In this document: positions 27,125 through 38,921 of the stretch, piece by piece
Numbering within the stretch: position 1 is the stretch's first letter
Layout of the letters: every line of letters begins with the position of its first letter
Assembly: GCF_963921235.1 (NCBI RefSeq)
Contig: NC_086107.1
Coordinates: 86,366,001 to 86,430,000, forward strand
Source: Mobula hypostoma
Taxonomy: Eukaryota
Direction of reading: 5' to 3'
DNA: 64,000 bases
Notes under the pieces: generated by a model
The model's input: the letters and a program-made list of their open reading frames with translations, nothing else
What the model was told of the DNA's origin: nothing
Database searches by the model: none
Made by a program: the position numbers and the translations under genes

Positions 27125-27572
27125 AGGTTGGAGGAGAAACATCTTACTTACTATCTGGTTAGTCTCCAAACTGATGGCAAGAGCATGGATTTCTCGAACT
27201 TTGGGTATCTGCCCCCCCCTTCTCTTTCACTTCCCCATTCCTGTTTCCCTCTCACACCTTATGTCCTTACTTGCCCATCATCTCCTTCTGGTGTTCCTCT
27301 CTCTTCCTTTTCCTCCATGGTCGTCAGTCCTCTCCTACCAGATCCCCCCCCCCCGCCCTTTCCAGCCCTTTATCTCTTTCACCAATCAACTTCCCAGCTC
27401 TTCACTTCACCCCGGTTCCACCTATCTCCTTTCCAGTCGCGATAAGGGATCTCAGCGCGAAACGTCGGCTGTTTACTCTATTTTCCATAGAATCTGTCGG
27501 CCCTGCTGATTTCCTCCAGCATTTTGTATGTGTTGCTTTGGATTTCTAGCATCTGCAGATTTTCTCGTGCTT
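27125..27572 (+). mobile_element. Penelope tail with partial hammerhead
   Basis: LEEKHLTYYLVSLQTDGKSMDFSNF; ...CGCGAAACGTCGGCTG at ~27456-27471. Confidence 0.8.
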
Positions 27573-27574
27573 GT

Positions 27575-28050
27575 GACACACGGAATGCCTGTTGATGTTG
27601 ACTGTAGGACTGTGGGAGCTTGCTGTATTAAAGTAACAGTTTTGACTGTGTTTGAAGCGTGCGGCATGGAGCCGTTGCTTGTAGACACTATTATCAACTC
27701 AGCCCCCTCCACGTTTAGAGTTGACCATCAGTGGCCCCTCGACTGCGCAAGCGTGCAGGTCGCTGATATCGCCGAATATCGCGCATGCGCGTAGTGGAAA
27801 ACAGGCTTTGGCGCATCGGCAGCAGGTAGGAGCGGGGCTCCGGTGCGTGTTCATTGGAGCCGGCGTCCGCACCGTGACTGAGGGTCAATTGTCGTGAGCT
27901 GTGGACACCAAGTGGCACCGCAAATCCTCGACAGTCGTGGTCTTTTTGCTCTCTGTCAGCCCCACGATCCGTACTCGGGCCCTGGGGAGGTTTTCTGCTG
28001 ATAGGCTAAAGCGCTCGCGTCATGGCTGTGGCGCATGCGCATCGCCGGTA
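27575..28050 (+). promoter_or_regulatory. CpG-rich promoter and non-coding exon 1 of ZNF B
   Basis: CGCATGCG at 27782-27789 and 28032-28039; donor CAG|GTAGG with intron starting at 27826. Confidence 0.75.
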
Positions 28051-28903
28051 CATTGATGGATAGATGGGGTTCTCGTTCGTGGGGGTTTCTGGGTATAGAA
28101 GCAGCCATGGGTGACACTCCCAACGCTTTCCCCGCTAGTCTGAAGTGTAGATTGGAAACGTGCAGGTGGATCTATCAGGCACTACAAAGCTCCAGCAATC
28201 TAAATCCAAGAATTATAGAATTCGGAACAAAAATATAGTTCCGAGTTAATTTTGGATGAAGAGTCCACCTTCCAGTCAATGAAAACGCCAATTAGTGCTG
28301 CATGGGAAAAAGAAAATCTTCCCAACAGTTTCAGTTCTTGAGAAAATCACCTTTGTCCGACCTTCTCTTGTTCTGGTCCTTTCTACCTATGAGAGCATGT
28401 TTTGTCTCATTCTTTCTGGGTACCTATTGATATCAAACACCTTTGTCCTGGGTAACAAGTAACCTGTAGCTTTGACATCACAGAAGTGCCACACTCCAAT
28501 GAGAAAGGCCTCTACCCTCCCCTTCATATTCATTGGCATTGCCATCGATGAATTCACCACCATCAATCACCTGAGAGGCCAGGGGGTCAGAGTAATGAGA
28601 AAGTCACCAGGATCAACCATGTGCTCTTTGCAGCGTTGTGGGACATGACTAGATCTTGAAATAATATTAATGGAGGGAGCCAAACTTAGCCACGTTATGG
28701 ATTGAAGGTGGGTAGAAATGTCCCATTGTGATGCAGACAAAATAGAGAATTTGATGGTTAGTCCAAATCCCTGATCCAGGCCCAGTTAGAAGATGGAGTT
28801 GTTCCTCCAACTTGTTGTAATGGTGTGATGTCAGAGATCATAGAATGATCTTGTCTGAAATTCTGACTTCACCCATTGATGTCTTTTGTAATTCTTTTTA
28901 CAG

Positions 28904-29330
28904 GTTAGAAACAACAAAAAAAAATTATGTACAGGAGTTTCAAGCACAACAAGGGATTTACTCACTCAGCTGACGCACAGACCCAGCAGTGAGTTCACCG
29001 TGGGGAGAGAGGCCGCTTACCTGTTGTGTGTCTGGGAGGAGATTCACTCAGTCATCCTACGCGCAGACACACCAGTGAGTTGACAAGGGAGAGAGACCGT
29101 GCATGTGTTGTGTGTGTGGGAAAAAATTCACTGGTCATCTCACCTACAGACACACTTGTGAGTTCCACAAGGGAGAGAACATTCATCTGTTGCCTGTGTG
29201 GGAAGAGATTAATTTGGTCATCTGATCTGTTGACACACAGGAAGTTCACACTAGGGAGAGGCTGTACATCTCAGACTGTGGGAAGAGATTCACTCAGTCA
29301 GCCCGCCTGCAGACTCACCAGTGAGTTCAC
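28904..29330 (+). other. 5' part of ZNF B exon 2, made of decayed fingers
   Basis: Acceptor TTCTTTTTACAG|GTTAG at 28903/28904; about four to five disabled finger units before the ATG. Confidence 0.7.
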
Positions 29331-30524
29331 ATGGGAGAGAGACACTTCGACTGTTCCACATGTGGGAAGAGGTTCACTCGGTCATCTGATTTGCTGAAAC
29401 ACCAGCGAGTTCACACAGGGGAGAGGCCGTACACCTGTTCCGAATGTGGGAAGGGATTTACTCAGTCGACCCACCTACTGACACATCAGCGAGTTCACAC
29501 TGGGGAGAAGGCATTCACCTGCTCAGACTGTGGGAAGGGATTCACTTGGTCATCTCAATTAAAGGTACATCAACGACTTCACACTGGGGATAGGCCATTC
29601 ATCTGCTCAGACTGTGGGAAGGGATTTACTCTGTCATCCCACCTACTGGCACACCAGCGAGTTCACACTGGGGAGAGGCCGTTCACCTGCTCAGACTGCG
29701 GGAAGGGATTCACTCGGTCATCTAATCTGAAAGTACATCAACGAGTTCACACTGGGGACATGCCGTTCACCTGCTCAGACTGTGGGAAGGGATTCACTCA
29801 GTCCTCACACCTGAAGGTACATCAGCGAGTTCACACTGGGGAGAGGCCGTATATCTGCTCAGACTGTGGGAAGGGATTCACTCTGTCATCCCATCTACAG
29901 ACACATCAGCGATTTCACACAGGAGAAAGGCCGTACGTCTGCTCAGATTGTGGGAAGCGATTCACTCAGTCATCCCAACTGAAGGTACACCAGCGAGTTC
30001 ACTCTGGGGAGAAGCCTTTCACCTGCTCAGACTGTGGGAAGAGATTCACTTGGTCATCTCACCTACGGACACACCAGTCAGTTCACACAGGGGAGAAGCC
30101 GTTCACCTGCTCAGAATGTGGGAAGGGATTCACACAGTCATCTCAACTGAAGGATCATCAGCGTGTTCACACTGGGGAGAGGCCGTTCACCTGCTCGGAA
30201 TGTGGGAAAGGATTTACTGTGTTGTCCAACCTACAGACACACCAGCGAGTTCACACTGGGGAGAGGCCATTCACTTGTTCTGTGTGTAGGAAGGGATTCT
30301 CTCAGTTATGCACCCTACATGCACACCAGTCAATTCACAGTGGGGAGAGGCCATTCACCTGCTCAGACTGTGGGAAGGGATTCAGTCGGTCATCTCAACT
30401 GAAGCTACATCAGAGAATTCACACTGGGGAGAGGCCGTTTACCTGCTCTGAATGTGGGAAGGGATTCACTCGGTCATCCACCCTTGTGGCTCACTACCGA
30501 GTTCACACTGGGGAAAATGTTTAA
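29331..30524 (+). CDS. C2H2 zinc-finger protein B, 14 tandem fingers, no effector domain
   Basis: 397 aa intact ORF, 14 canonical fingers with TGE(R/K)PF linkers. Confidence 0.92.
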   Translation: MGERHFDCSTCGKRFTRSSDLLKHQRVHTGERPYTCSECGKGFTQSTHLLTHQRVHTGEKAFTCSDCGKGFTWSSQLKVHQRLHTGDRPFICSDCGKGFTLSSHLLAHQRVHTGERPFTCSDCGKGFTRSSNLKVHQRVHTGDMPFTCSDCGKGFTQSSHLKVHQRVHTGERPYICSDCGKGFTLSSHLQTHQRFHTGERPYVCSDCGKRFTQSSQLKVHQRVHSGEKPFTCSDCGKRFTWSSHLRTHQSVHTGEKPFTCSECGKGFTQSSQLKDHQRVHTGERPFTCSECGKGFTVLSNLQTHQRVHTGERPFTCSVCRKGFSQLCTLHAHQSIHSGERPFTCSDCGKGFSRSSQLKLHQRIHTGERPFTCSECGKGFTRSSTLVAHYRVHTGENV

Positions 30525-30989
30525 ACAAGCAGCTGGATATTTAAACATCACAGTTGCTGAATCCAGAGGAAAGTTCAAAAGTGACTATTGGTTGGATTTC
30601 CTGCTGACTGAAGAAGCCAAACTGACTGCAGGTATGTCTGACATGTTCTTCATCCCTCGTGTGTCTGTGCTGAGAAAGAATGACATTGGTAGTTCATCTC
30701 CTATTCCCTGCAAATATCAATGTTATAGGTCGTTGTCACTGCTTCCAATGAGCTGGGTTGTTAGAACACACCACTGCCCTCTAAAGTCTGAAAGGAGAAC
30801 CACTAGTTGGATGTTGTGTGGAGCAGGGTCAGAAACCAGTGATGAGTGGCAGAGAGCAGAGTTCGGGGCTCTGGACAGGAGCATGTGATCAGGAACAGCC
30901 AATCAGAGCAAGGGGTGGGGTGGATGGCGATGAATGACAGAGTAGCAGTATTTGGAAGCTGAATGACAGAAAAAACAATTGGGTTGACT

Positions 30990-31200
30990 TTGACTGTTGA
31001 CACACAAACACAACGCCTGTTTACATTGAGGATACTCCTTTTGGGAGCTTGCTGTGTTAAACTGGCTACTCAATTCTCATAAAATATGTTGACTGGGGAG
31101 GCAATGCTTGTAAACACTTTCAGTGGCACTGTTCTTACCCAGAAATCTGAGCTTCAGAATGCATTATCTCTGTGGATCGAGTGCACAGGGCCTGAGAGTC
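30990..31200 (+). promoter_or_regulatory. Decayed upstream/promoter block of the next ZNF cassette
   Basis: Matches 27575-27690 and the reverse complement of 18655-18845; cut by the LTR at 31201. Confidence 0.6.
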
Positions 31201-31656
31201 TGTTGGATCCAACTGTTAAATTTTAATGGTCATTTTCTTTGCAGTTTAACAATTCATTATCTGCTTGTATTTTAAGTAGTCTTTATGTGCATAGGAGTTT
31301 AATATTCCTCTTGTGGCTGTACAAACTATAACTCTGAAGCTTGTACTTTATTAAATGAGTGTTTTCTTATTGGTTAATTTTAACTGCAGTTTTGATCAAG
31401 TGATTTCTAACAGGTTTATTATTATCTATAGATTTGAATGGAATTTTTCTTATCTCTGGATATAAAAAGTAGCTGTTTTATGCTAGGTGCCATATTTAGT
31501 TTCTCTCTCTTCTTCAAGTAACAGACCCCTGTCTTTGTTCTATCAACTTTGAATAAAACCATCGTGAAGCAACAAGTTTTATGCCTCGTTCCTGACTCCT
31601 AAAAGAACTTTGGATTTAAACACCAAAATCCGTCATTTGGTGTAGTTGGCAGGATT
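31201..31656 (+). mobile_element. LTR (31201-31635) with tRNA-Ser primer-binding site
   Basis: TG...CA ends; TATAAAA ~31461; AATAAA 31552-31557; PBS TGGTGTAGTTGGCAGGATT 31638-31656 versus tRNA-Ser complement TGGCGTAGTCGGCAGGATT; decayed internal sequence probably follows. Confidence 0.75.
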
Positions 31657-32717
31657 TACAGCTTGGAACAACCCAAGAGAGAGAGAATATTCAGTGTGCA
31701 ACAAAAGTTGTAAGAACTTAATTTTATGTTCCAAATTGTCTGAGGAACAAAAAGCAGTTCTGAGTTTTTCATCATCAGATGGAAATCAGGATTGATTACT
31801 GCTTCCCTTGCTATTTTTAAAAACAGATTTGTAGAGCCACATACAAAACAGTAGAGCGCAAGTTAAATATGCAAGTCAGTAGACGGTCAAAAAATAACTT
31901 CGTACAACCAGTTGAGCATGGATTAATTTATAATAAATTTGTGTGAGCCAGTGGAGTGCGTGAGAAAACTTGAATATAAGCTAGCAGAGGAATGGGGAAA
32001 AACATAAATTTGAGTTGCAAGAAACCTGTTAAAATTTCAGTTTCAAACTTAAAATTTTGAGATTGCAGTCAAAGTAATAAAAAGTAGGTACCAATCAAGA
32101 TAGAATCAAGGAAATGGCTAAGGTCATAAAACCTACAAAGAACTTTTACCTAAATAAACATTTAAGTTTGATAAATGATTGAAAAAGTCCATTGAGTAAT
32201 ACTAAAAATGTTAAGTTTATTAACAATAAGAATGCATGTTAAAAATAGAAATTGGCTGCTGTTGATTTAATGGAATGTGAGTGAGTTAACGGAATGGGGG
32301 AAGTATTTTACTGAAGAAACACTACAAAAACAGCATGATGGAGACAGTACAAAGTCTAAAGAGTAAATCTTCACATTAACCTGATGAGTGAAAAAACAAG
32401 ACGGTGATTCAATCAGTCATACACACAAAATGCTGGAGGAACTTTTTGTGTTTTGCTTGGGATTTCCAGCATCTGCAAAATCTCTTGTGTTTTTAAATCA
32501 ATAGTTGTGCATTATTCGGGGCTCAGAAACAAACTGAAACAATGTCAGGAAGTTTGCTATGTGCTGCTTTGCATTTTCCAGCTTCTGCAGACTTCCTCGT
32601 GTATGTAATGTCAGAACGTGTAGCTGCGACCAAGTCCTGCTTGAGATGCTTACCTGGCGCTCCACCCAGGGAAACAGCTGCTTCTAAAACCCTGCCCCAG
32701 GAACTAAAGCTAACATT

Positions 32718-33776
32718 ACAACACACACAAAATGCTGGTGGAACACAGCAGGCCAGACAGCATCCATAGGAAGAAGCACAGTGACGTTTCGGGCCGAGAC
32801 CCTTCGTCAGGACTAACTGAAAGAAGAGATAGTAAGAGATTTGAAAGTGGGAGGGGGAGAAGATCTGAAATGATAGGAGAGGACAGGAGGGGGAGGGATG
32901 AAGCTAAGAGTTGGAAAGTTGATAGGCAAAAAGGGATACTAGGCTGGAGAAGGGAGATGATCATGGGACGGGAGGTCTAGGGAGAAAGAAAGGGGGAGGG
33001 GAGCAGTAGACGAAGATGGAGAGCAGGCAAGGAGTTATTGTGAGAGGGACAGAGAGAGACAAAAAAAGGGGCAAAATAAATAGCGGATGGGGTAAGAAGG
33101 GGAGGTGGGGCATTAACGGAAGTTAGAGAAGTCAATGTTCATGCCATCAGGTTGAAGGCTACCCAGACGGAATATAAGGTGTTGTTCCTCCAACCTGAGT
33201 GTGGCTTCATCTTTACAGTAGAGGAGGCCGTGGATAGACATATCAGGATGGGAATGGGACGTGGAATTAAAATGTGTGGCCATTGGGAGATCCTGCTTTC
33301 TCTGGCAGACAGAGCGTAGGTGTTCAGCGAAACAATCTCCCAATCTGCGTCGGGTCTCACCAATATATAGAAGGCCACACCGGGAGCACCGGACGCAGTA
33401 TATCACCCCAGCCGACTCACAGGTGAAGTGTCGCCTCACCTGGAAGGACTGTTTGGGGCCCTGAATGGTGTTGAGGGAGGAAGTGTAAGGGCAAGTGTAG
33501 CACTTGTTCCGCTTACAAGGATAAGTGCTGGAGGGAGATCGGTGGGAAGGGATGGGGGGACGAATGGACAAGGGAATCACGTAGGGAGTGATCCCTGCGG
33601 AAAGCAGAAAGGGGGGTGGGTGGGAAAGATGTGCTTGGTGTTGGGATCCTGTTGGAGGTGGCGGAAGTTATGGAGAATTATATGTTGGACCCGGAGGCTG
33701 GTGGGGTGGTAGGTGAGGACAAGGGGAAACCTATCCCTAGTGGGGTGGCGGGAGGATGGGGTGCGTGAAATGGGAG
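32718..33776 (-). mobile_element. Penelope-like element, 5'-truncated, with 10 bp TSD
   Basis: GIY-YIG ORF 33113-33580 (VIYCVRCSRCGLLYIGETRRRLGDCFAEHL); AGCTAACATT at 32708-32717 and 33777-33786. Confidence 0.92.
32779..32814 (-). ncRNA. Minimal type I hammerhead ribozyme motif
   Basis: AGUC-CUGACGA-A-GGGUCUCGGCCC-GAAAC-GUC-ACUG; core intact. Confidence 0.7.
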
Positions 33777-33929
33777 AGCTAACATTGAACAGTCTCCCTG
33801 TACAGCGCCACAACTGAACTCCAGAGAATTACAACCTATATTAGACTGTCTGAGACAGCGACACCATCCAAAGAATTGCTCACATGAGGAAAGGATTTTC
33901 TTTGCTAACTCCAAAGAATTGCCAACACA

Positions 33930-34430
33930 AGAAAGTCTGAAAATTCTGGAAATCTAATACAAAACACACAAAATGCTGGACGAACTCAGCAGGCCAGGAA
34001 GAATATATTTAAAAGAGTAGACAGTAGACGTTTTGGGCTGAGACCCATCATCAGGACAGGAAAGGAATAGAGGTCAGAGTAAGAAGGTGGGGGGAGGGGA
34101 GGAAGAAGTACATGGTAGTAGGTGATAGTTGAAACCAGGTGAGGGGGAGAAGTAAAGAGCCGGGAGAGGACTGAAGACCACGGAAAAAAGAACAGGGGGA
34201 GGAGCGTCAGAGGGTGATGAGGGCAGGTAAGGAGATAAGGTGGGAGAGGGAAACAGGAATGGGGAATGGTGAAGGAGAGGAGAGGGGTAGCAATAACAGG
34301 AAGTTCGAGAAAACGATGTTCATGCCATCAGGTTATAGGCTACTTATACGGAATATGAGGTGTTACTCATGCAACCTGAGTGTGGCCCATTCATGGCAGT
34401 AGAGGAGGCCATGGACTGACATATTGAATT
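33930..34430 (-). mobile_element. Penelope tail fragment
   Basis: Same tail and GIY-YIG C-terminus; degenerate hammerhead at ~34022-34057. Confidence 0.75.
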
Positions 34431-35164
34431 GGGTGGTGTTCCAAGGAATTACAGCCGACATTGGACTGTCCGAGACAGAGACACGAGAACTGCAGCATGT
34501 ACATGCATGGACTCTGCAGCGACCTCTAGTGTCTCAAGTGAGGACGACAGTGATGAAATAATATACCGCACGCATCAAAATATTCACTAGTGCTGGGCCT
34601 TTAATGTGTGGGCTTCCTGACGATCCAGAACAAACATTTGCCCCCTTTATTAGACATTCCAGAAATGATAATGGAAACATTATACCTGTGATTCACTGTT
34701 TATTAATTTCCATAGATGCTGTTTGATCTCCAGTGCATTGCTTTGGATTTCCAGCACCTGCAGAATTTCTTGTATTTATAAATATACAATGATCACGCTC
34801 CCTCATATCGTATTAAACAGGATCATTTATGTAAATATAATCAGCGTGATTGAGGGAATATCATATCTGACCTGATTCATGTCTTACCCTGTGATATGCC
34901 ACATCTAATGTTCATGACAAAGCTGTTAAATCTTTTCATATGTTTACTATTTAAGCGACAACTTGCTTGAGTTCAGAAGCTACCATTCCAGTAGGGAATA
35001 GTTTGTGCAATTACACGTCATAATGTCCTAAATGGGGTAGTCATTCTGGAATTTTTATTGAAAAATTAGTAAAATATTACAATTCAATAAAGCTCCTTGT
35101 CAAGTAATATGAAATGGTCTAAGTTCATGGAACAATACCTAATTTGTGAGGGAATAGAGCCTTC

Positions 35165-35484
35165 ACCCCTTCTACCCTAGTCCACTAACTTATCAATCAC
35201 CCCTGGTGAGTTATTAACCTTAAACTTTCTGCATAATCACTCAAAGAGTTAAACTGCATGTGCATGTAACTAGAGCTGTATAACTCATCTCCTACCTTAG
35301 GCCACAAACTTATCAATCACCCCTGCTGTGGACACTTTCTGGAGGTCCAAGATTCGTATGCTCCACGACTGCTGGACTAAGTGTGTAAATGTAGGAGGGG
35401 ACTATGTTGAAAAATAAATGTGCTGGGTTTTCTAAAATTGACTCCTTCTACCTTAGGCCATGAACTTATCAATTACCCCTCGTA
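35165..35484. mobile_element. Mariner-type MITE remnant
   Basis: AACTTATCAATCACCCCT-like motif three times; ends CCCCTCG-TA followed by a TA/TAGA microsatellite. Confidence 0.6.
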
Positions 35485-35798
35485 TATATAGATAGATAGA
35501 GCTTGGAGGCCCAAGACTTTTGCCCAGTACTGTAGTAATTTTATATATTGCACTGCATTGCTGCTGCAAAAAAAGATTTCATGGCATACACTAGTGATGA
35601 TAAAACTGATTCTGATATTTGTCTCTATTGGAATGAAATTATCTTACCTGGAGTCTCAGGAACCAAGTGAGTTTGCAGCCGATGCCAAGCTTCGTCCCTG
35701 GCACTCCTCCTCTGCCACCTGTCCCACACCAACTCCTGCAGCACTCCACCTTCCCTATTCCCAACATCCCTTGCTCCCACTCTACATTGACAAATAAA

Positions 35799-35994
35799 GC
35801 ACTGTGCAATAGTCTTAGGGCGCCCTAGCTTTATAAAGGGTTTCGGCCCAAAACATCAGCTGTACTCTTTTCCATAGATGCTGCCTGGCCTGCTGAGTTC
35901 CTCCAGCATTTGGTGTGTTGTTCAGATTTCCAGCATCTGCAGATTTTCTCTTGTTTAAGAGCTTAAATATGTGCTTAAGACTTTTGCACAGTGC
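35799..35994. mobile_element. Tc1-like MITE containing a Penelope tail
   Basis: TIRs GCACTGTGCAATAGTCTTA / TAAGACTTTTGCACAGTGC. Confidence 0.65.
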
Positions 35995-36469
35995 TATACC
36001 TGACGAGTCTGAAGACAAACTGTAAATAATTTGGCTGATCATTCGTAAAGAATCAGTTGAAAATACATCTGTGTGCACAGTTTCTTTTTTTTTTGCACAC
36101 AGGTTGTCTGCCCTGCTGGTGTTGTCTGTCCTTGATTCTATTATGGTTATTGGATTTATTTCGTATGCCTGCAAGAAAATCAATCTGAGTTGTATATGGT
36201 GACAAAAATGTACTTTGATAATAATTTAACTTTGAATTTTGAAGTGATGGATGGGATTTCTTTGTTTGGATTCATTTTTAAGTCTTGGAAACCAGGGTCA
36301 TTCAATATTATGTCATATTATTTACACTAATATAATCTTTTTGTAATTTACATCTTTATTTTTTGTTTAAAGGCAACCATTAACAGAATAGTTCAAACTC
36401 AGGTGTGCCTACTAATTTGCCTAACTATGGCATAATCCTATGACTGAAGAATATATACACTTTGATATT

Positions 36470-37112
36470 TCATATATTGGTGAGACCCGACGCAGACTGG
36501 GAGACTGTTTTGCTGAACACCTACGCTCTGTCCGCCATAGAAAGCAGGATCTCCCAGTGGTGACACATTTTAATTCCACGTCCCATTCCTATTCTGATAT
36601 GTCTTCAAGATGAAGCCACACTCAGGCTGGAGGAACAACACCTTATATTCTGTCTGGGTAGCCTCCAACATGATGGCATGAACATTGACCTCTAACTTCT
36701 GTTAATGCCCCTCCTCCTGTTCTTACGCCATCCCTTATTTATTCATTTATTATTATTTTTTCCTCTTTTTCTCTCTCTGTCCCTCTCACAATAACTCCTT
36801 GCCTGCTCTTCATCTTCCTCTGTTGCTCCCCTCCCCCTTTCTTTCTCCCTATGCCTCCCGTCCCATGATCCTCTCCCTTCTCCAGCCTTGTATCCCTTTT
36901 TGCCAATCAACTTTCCAGCTCTTAGCTCCATCCCTCCCCCTCCTGTCCTCTCCTATCATTTCGGATTTCCCCCTCCCCCTCTCAAATCTCTTACTCTCTC
37001 TCTTTCAGTTAGTCCTGACGAAGGGTCTTGGCTCAAAACGTCGACTGTGCTTTTTCCTATGGATGCTGTCTGGCCTGCTGCATTCCACCAGCATTTTGTG
37101 TGTGTGTTGCTT
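36470..37112 (+). mobile_element. Penelope-like 3' fragment with hammerhead tail
   Basis: YIGETRRRLGDCFAEHL; AGTCCTGACGAAGGGTCTTGGCTCAAAACGTCGACT at 37011-37046 (G12>A). Confidence 0.88.
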
Positions 37113-37852
37113 GTTTTTTGATTATTTTAATTTGTAGCGCAGATATCACAAGTTTTTGTTGAGGGGGCGAGTTTTCAACTTTCTGCATCATTGTGATCTC
37201 TTCTGGGGAGGGTATGACCTGTGCCAAAATGAGGACAGGTCACACCTGAACCTAAATGAGACCAATTTCCTTGCAGGCAGATTGCTAAAGCTCTTGGGTA
37301 GGGTTTAAACTAATTTTGCAGGGGTTGGAAACCAGAGTGATATGGCTGAGGATGGGGAGGGTGGTATGCAATTAGATGCAGTGTGCAGTGAGGTAACGAT
37401 GGGGTAAATTGGAAGTCAGTGGGATGAGTTGAAGTGTAACATGGGGGCAAAGTCAAAAAGGGTGATGAATACAGGACTGAAGTTATTATATTTGAATGCA
37501 CACACTATACAGAATAAGGTGGATGATCTAATACTGCAGTTAGAGATTAGCAGGTGTGACATTATGGTCATTACTGAGTCATGGCAGAAAAAAGATCATA
37601 ATTGGGAGCTTCACATCCAAGGATACACATTGTATCAAAAGAAGAGTCAGTTGGGCGGAGGGGGTGGCATGGCTCTATGCTAAAAAGATGAAATCAAATT
37701 CTTAGAAAGAGGTGACATAGGATTGGAAGATGTAGAATCATTGTGGGTAGAGTTAAGAAACTACAAGGATAAAAGTTGGGAGTTATATACAGTAGTCACG
37801 ATGTGGATTACAAATTAAGATATGATGTAGAGAAGATGTGGAAAGGTCATGT

Positions 37853-38921
37853 TGTCATAGTCCGGTCCGTGAAGTCCGTATTCCGGTTCACGGTCCAGTC
37901 CATCGACCCTTGCTCCAGGTTTTCCTATCTACCTTGTTTCTGTCCTTGTGGAGCTAATTGAGGCAGCTGATGCTCGTTGGGGCTGGCTGCATAAATACCT
38001 CCAGAGACCAGGGCATGGTCGCTGGATTGTTCTTGTTCTTACTCCTGGGATCCCTTCCTCTGCCTTCTGTTTCCTTACCTGAAGCCGTGCCTTGTCTTGC
38101 CGGTAACTCTCGCCTCGCCTGAAGTTTTGTCTCACCTTACTTTGCCAGAAGGCCTGCCTTCTCTTGCTGTCTGGTCCTGGAGCCACCCTGTACCTAGCTC
38201 CTTTCTTGTCTCTTGCCTCTGCCCAGGTAAGCCAGGCCGTCTTGCCGTTACCTGGGGTTGGTTCTGTCCCTTGCCTCTGCCCAGGTAAGTGAGGCCGTCT
38301 TGCCGTTACCTGGGTTGGTTCTGTCCCTTGCCTCCACCCAGGTAAGCCAGGCCATCTTGCCGTTACCTGGGGTTGGTTCTGTCCCTTGCCTCCGCCCAGG
38401 TAAGCCAGGTCATCTTGCTGTTACATGGGGTTGGTTCTGTCCCTTGCCTCTGTCGGGTGGTGATCCGCACCCTGCCCAGGTGGAGACTGCCTCACCTCAA
38501 GTCTCCTGCCTCCTGAGAAGCCTCACCTCTAGTCTCAAGTCTCCAGCCTCCTGCCAAACCTCGAGCCTGTAAACTCCAGCCTCTAGCCAAGCCAAGTCTC
38601 TAGCCTCTTGCCAAGCCAAGCCAAGTCTCTAGCCCCTAGCTTCTAGCCTGAAGAGTCCAGCCTCGTCCTGCCTGCCTGCCAAGCCTGGTCCTTGCCTAGT
38701 TCTGGGGTCCAAGCCAGAGGCAAGACCCAGGTACTGGGTCCTTGTACAGTCTCTGGCTCGGAGTCCAAGCCCGGGCTCCTAACTCTCTTGTTTAGTCCTC
38801 TTCCAGGTTCCTGGTTTTCCTGTCCATGTCCTTGCCATCGCCCTGTATCCTAGTCCTGTCCCTAGTACTTCAGTGTCTGTGTCTTGCACTTGGGTCCATT
38901 CCCAGCAACCACCTTATGACA
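37853..38921 (+). mobile_element. Solo LTR (1069 bp) inserted in CR1
   Basis: TGTCATA...TATGACA ends; 5 bp TSD CATGT (37848-37852, 38922-38926); CATAAATA at ~37990. Confidence 0.85.
38212..38452 (+). repeat. 4 x ~58 bp tandem repeat within the solo LTR
   Basis: CCCAGGTAA at 38222, 38280, 38337, 38395. Confidence 0.9.

Noticed and set aside
18600-27780. Shared bidirectional promoter for ZNF A and B
   Set aside because: The two promoters are ~9 kb apart and each is a full paralogous copy; this is an inversion of cassettes
29948-30888. Alternative-frame ORFs over ZNF B
   Set aside because: Off-frame products of the 84 bp finger repeat
38212-38452. CRISPR-like array
   Set aside because: No unique spacers, eukaryotic context, no cas genes
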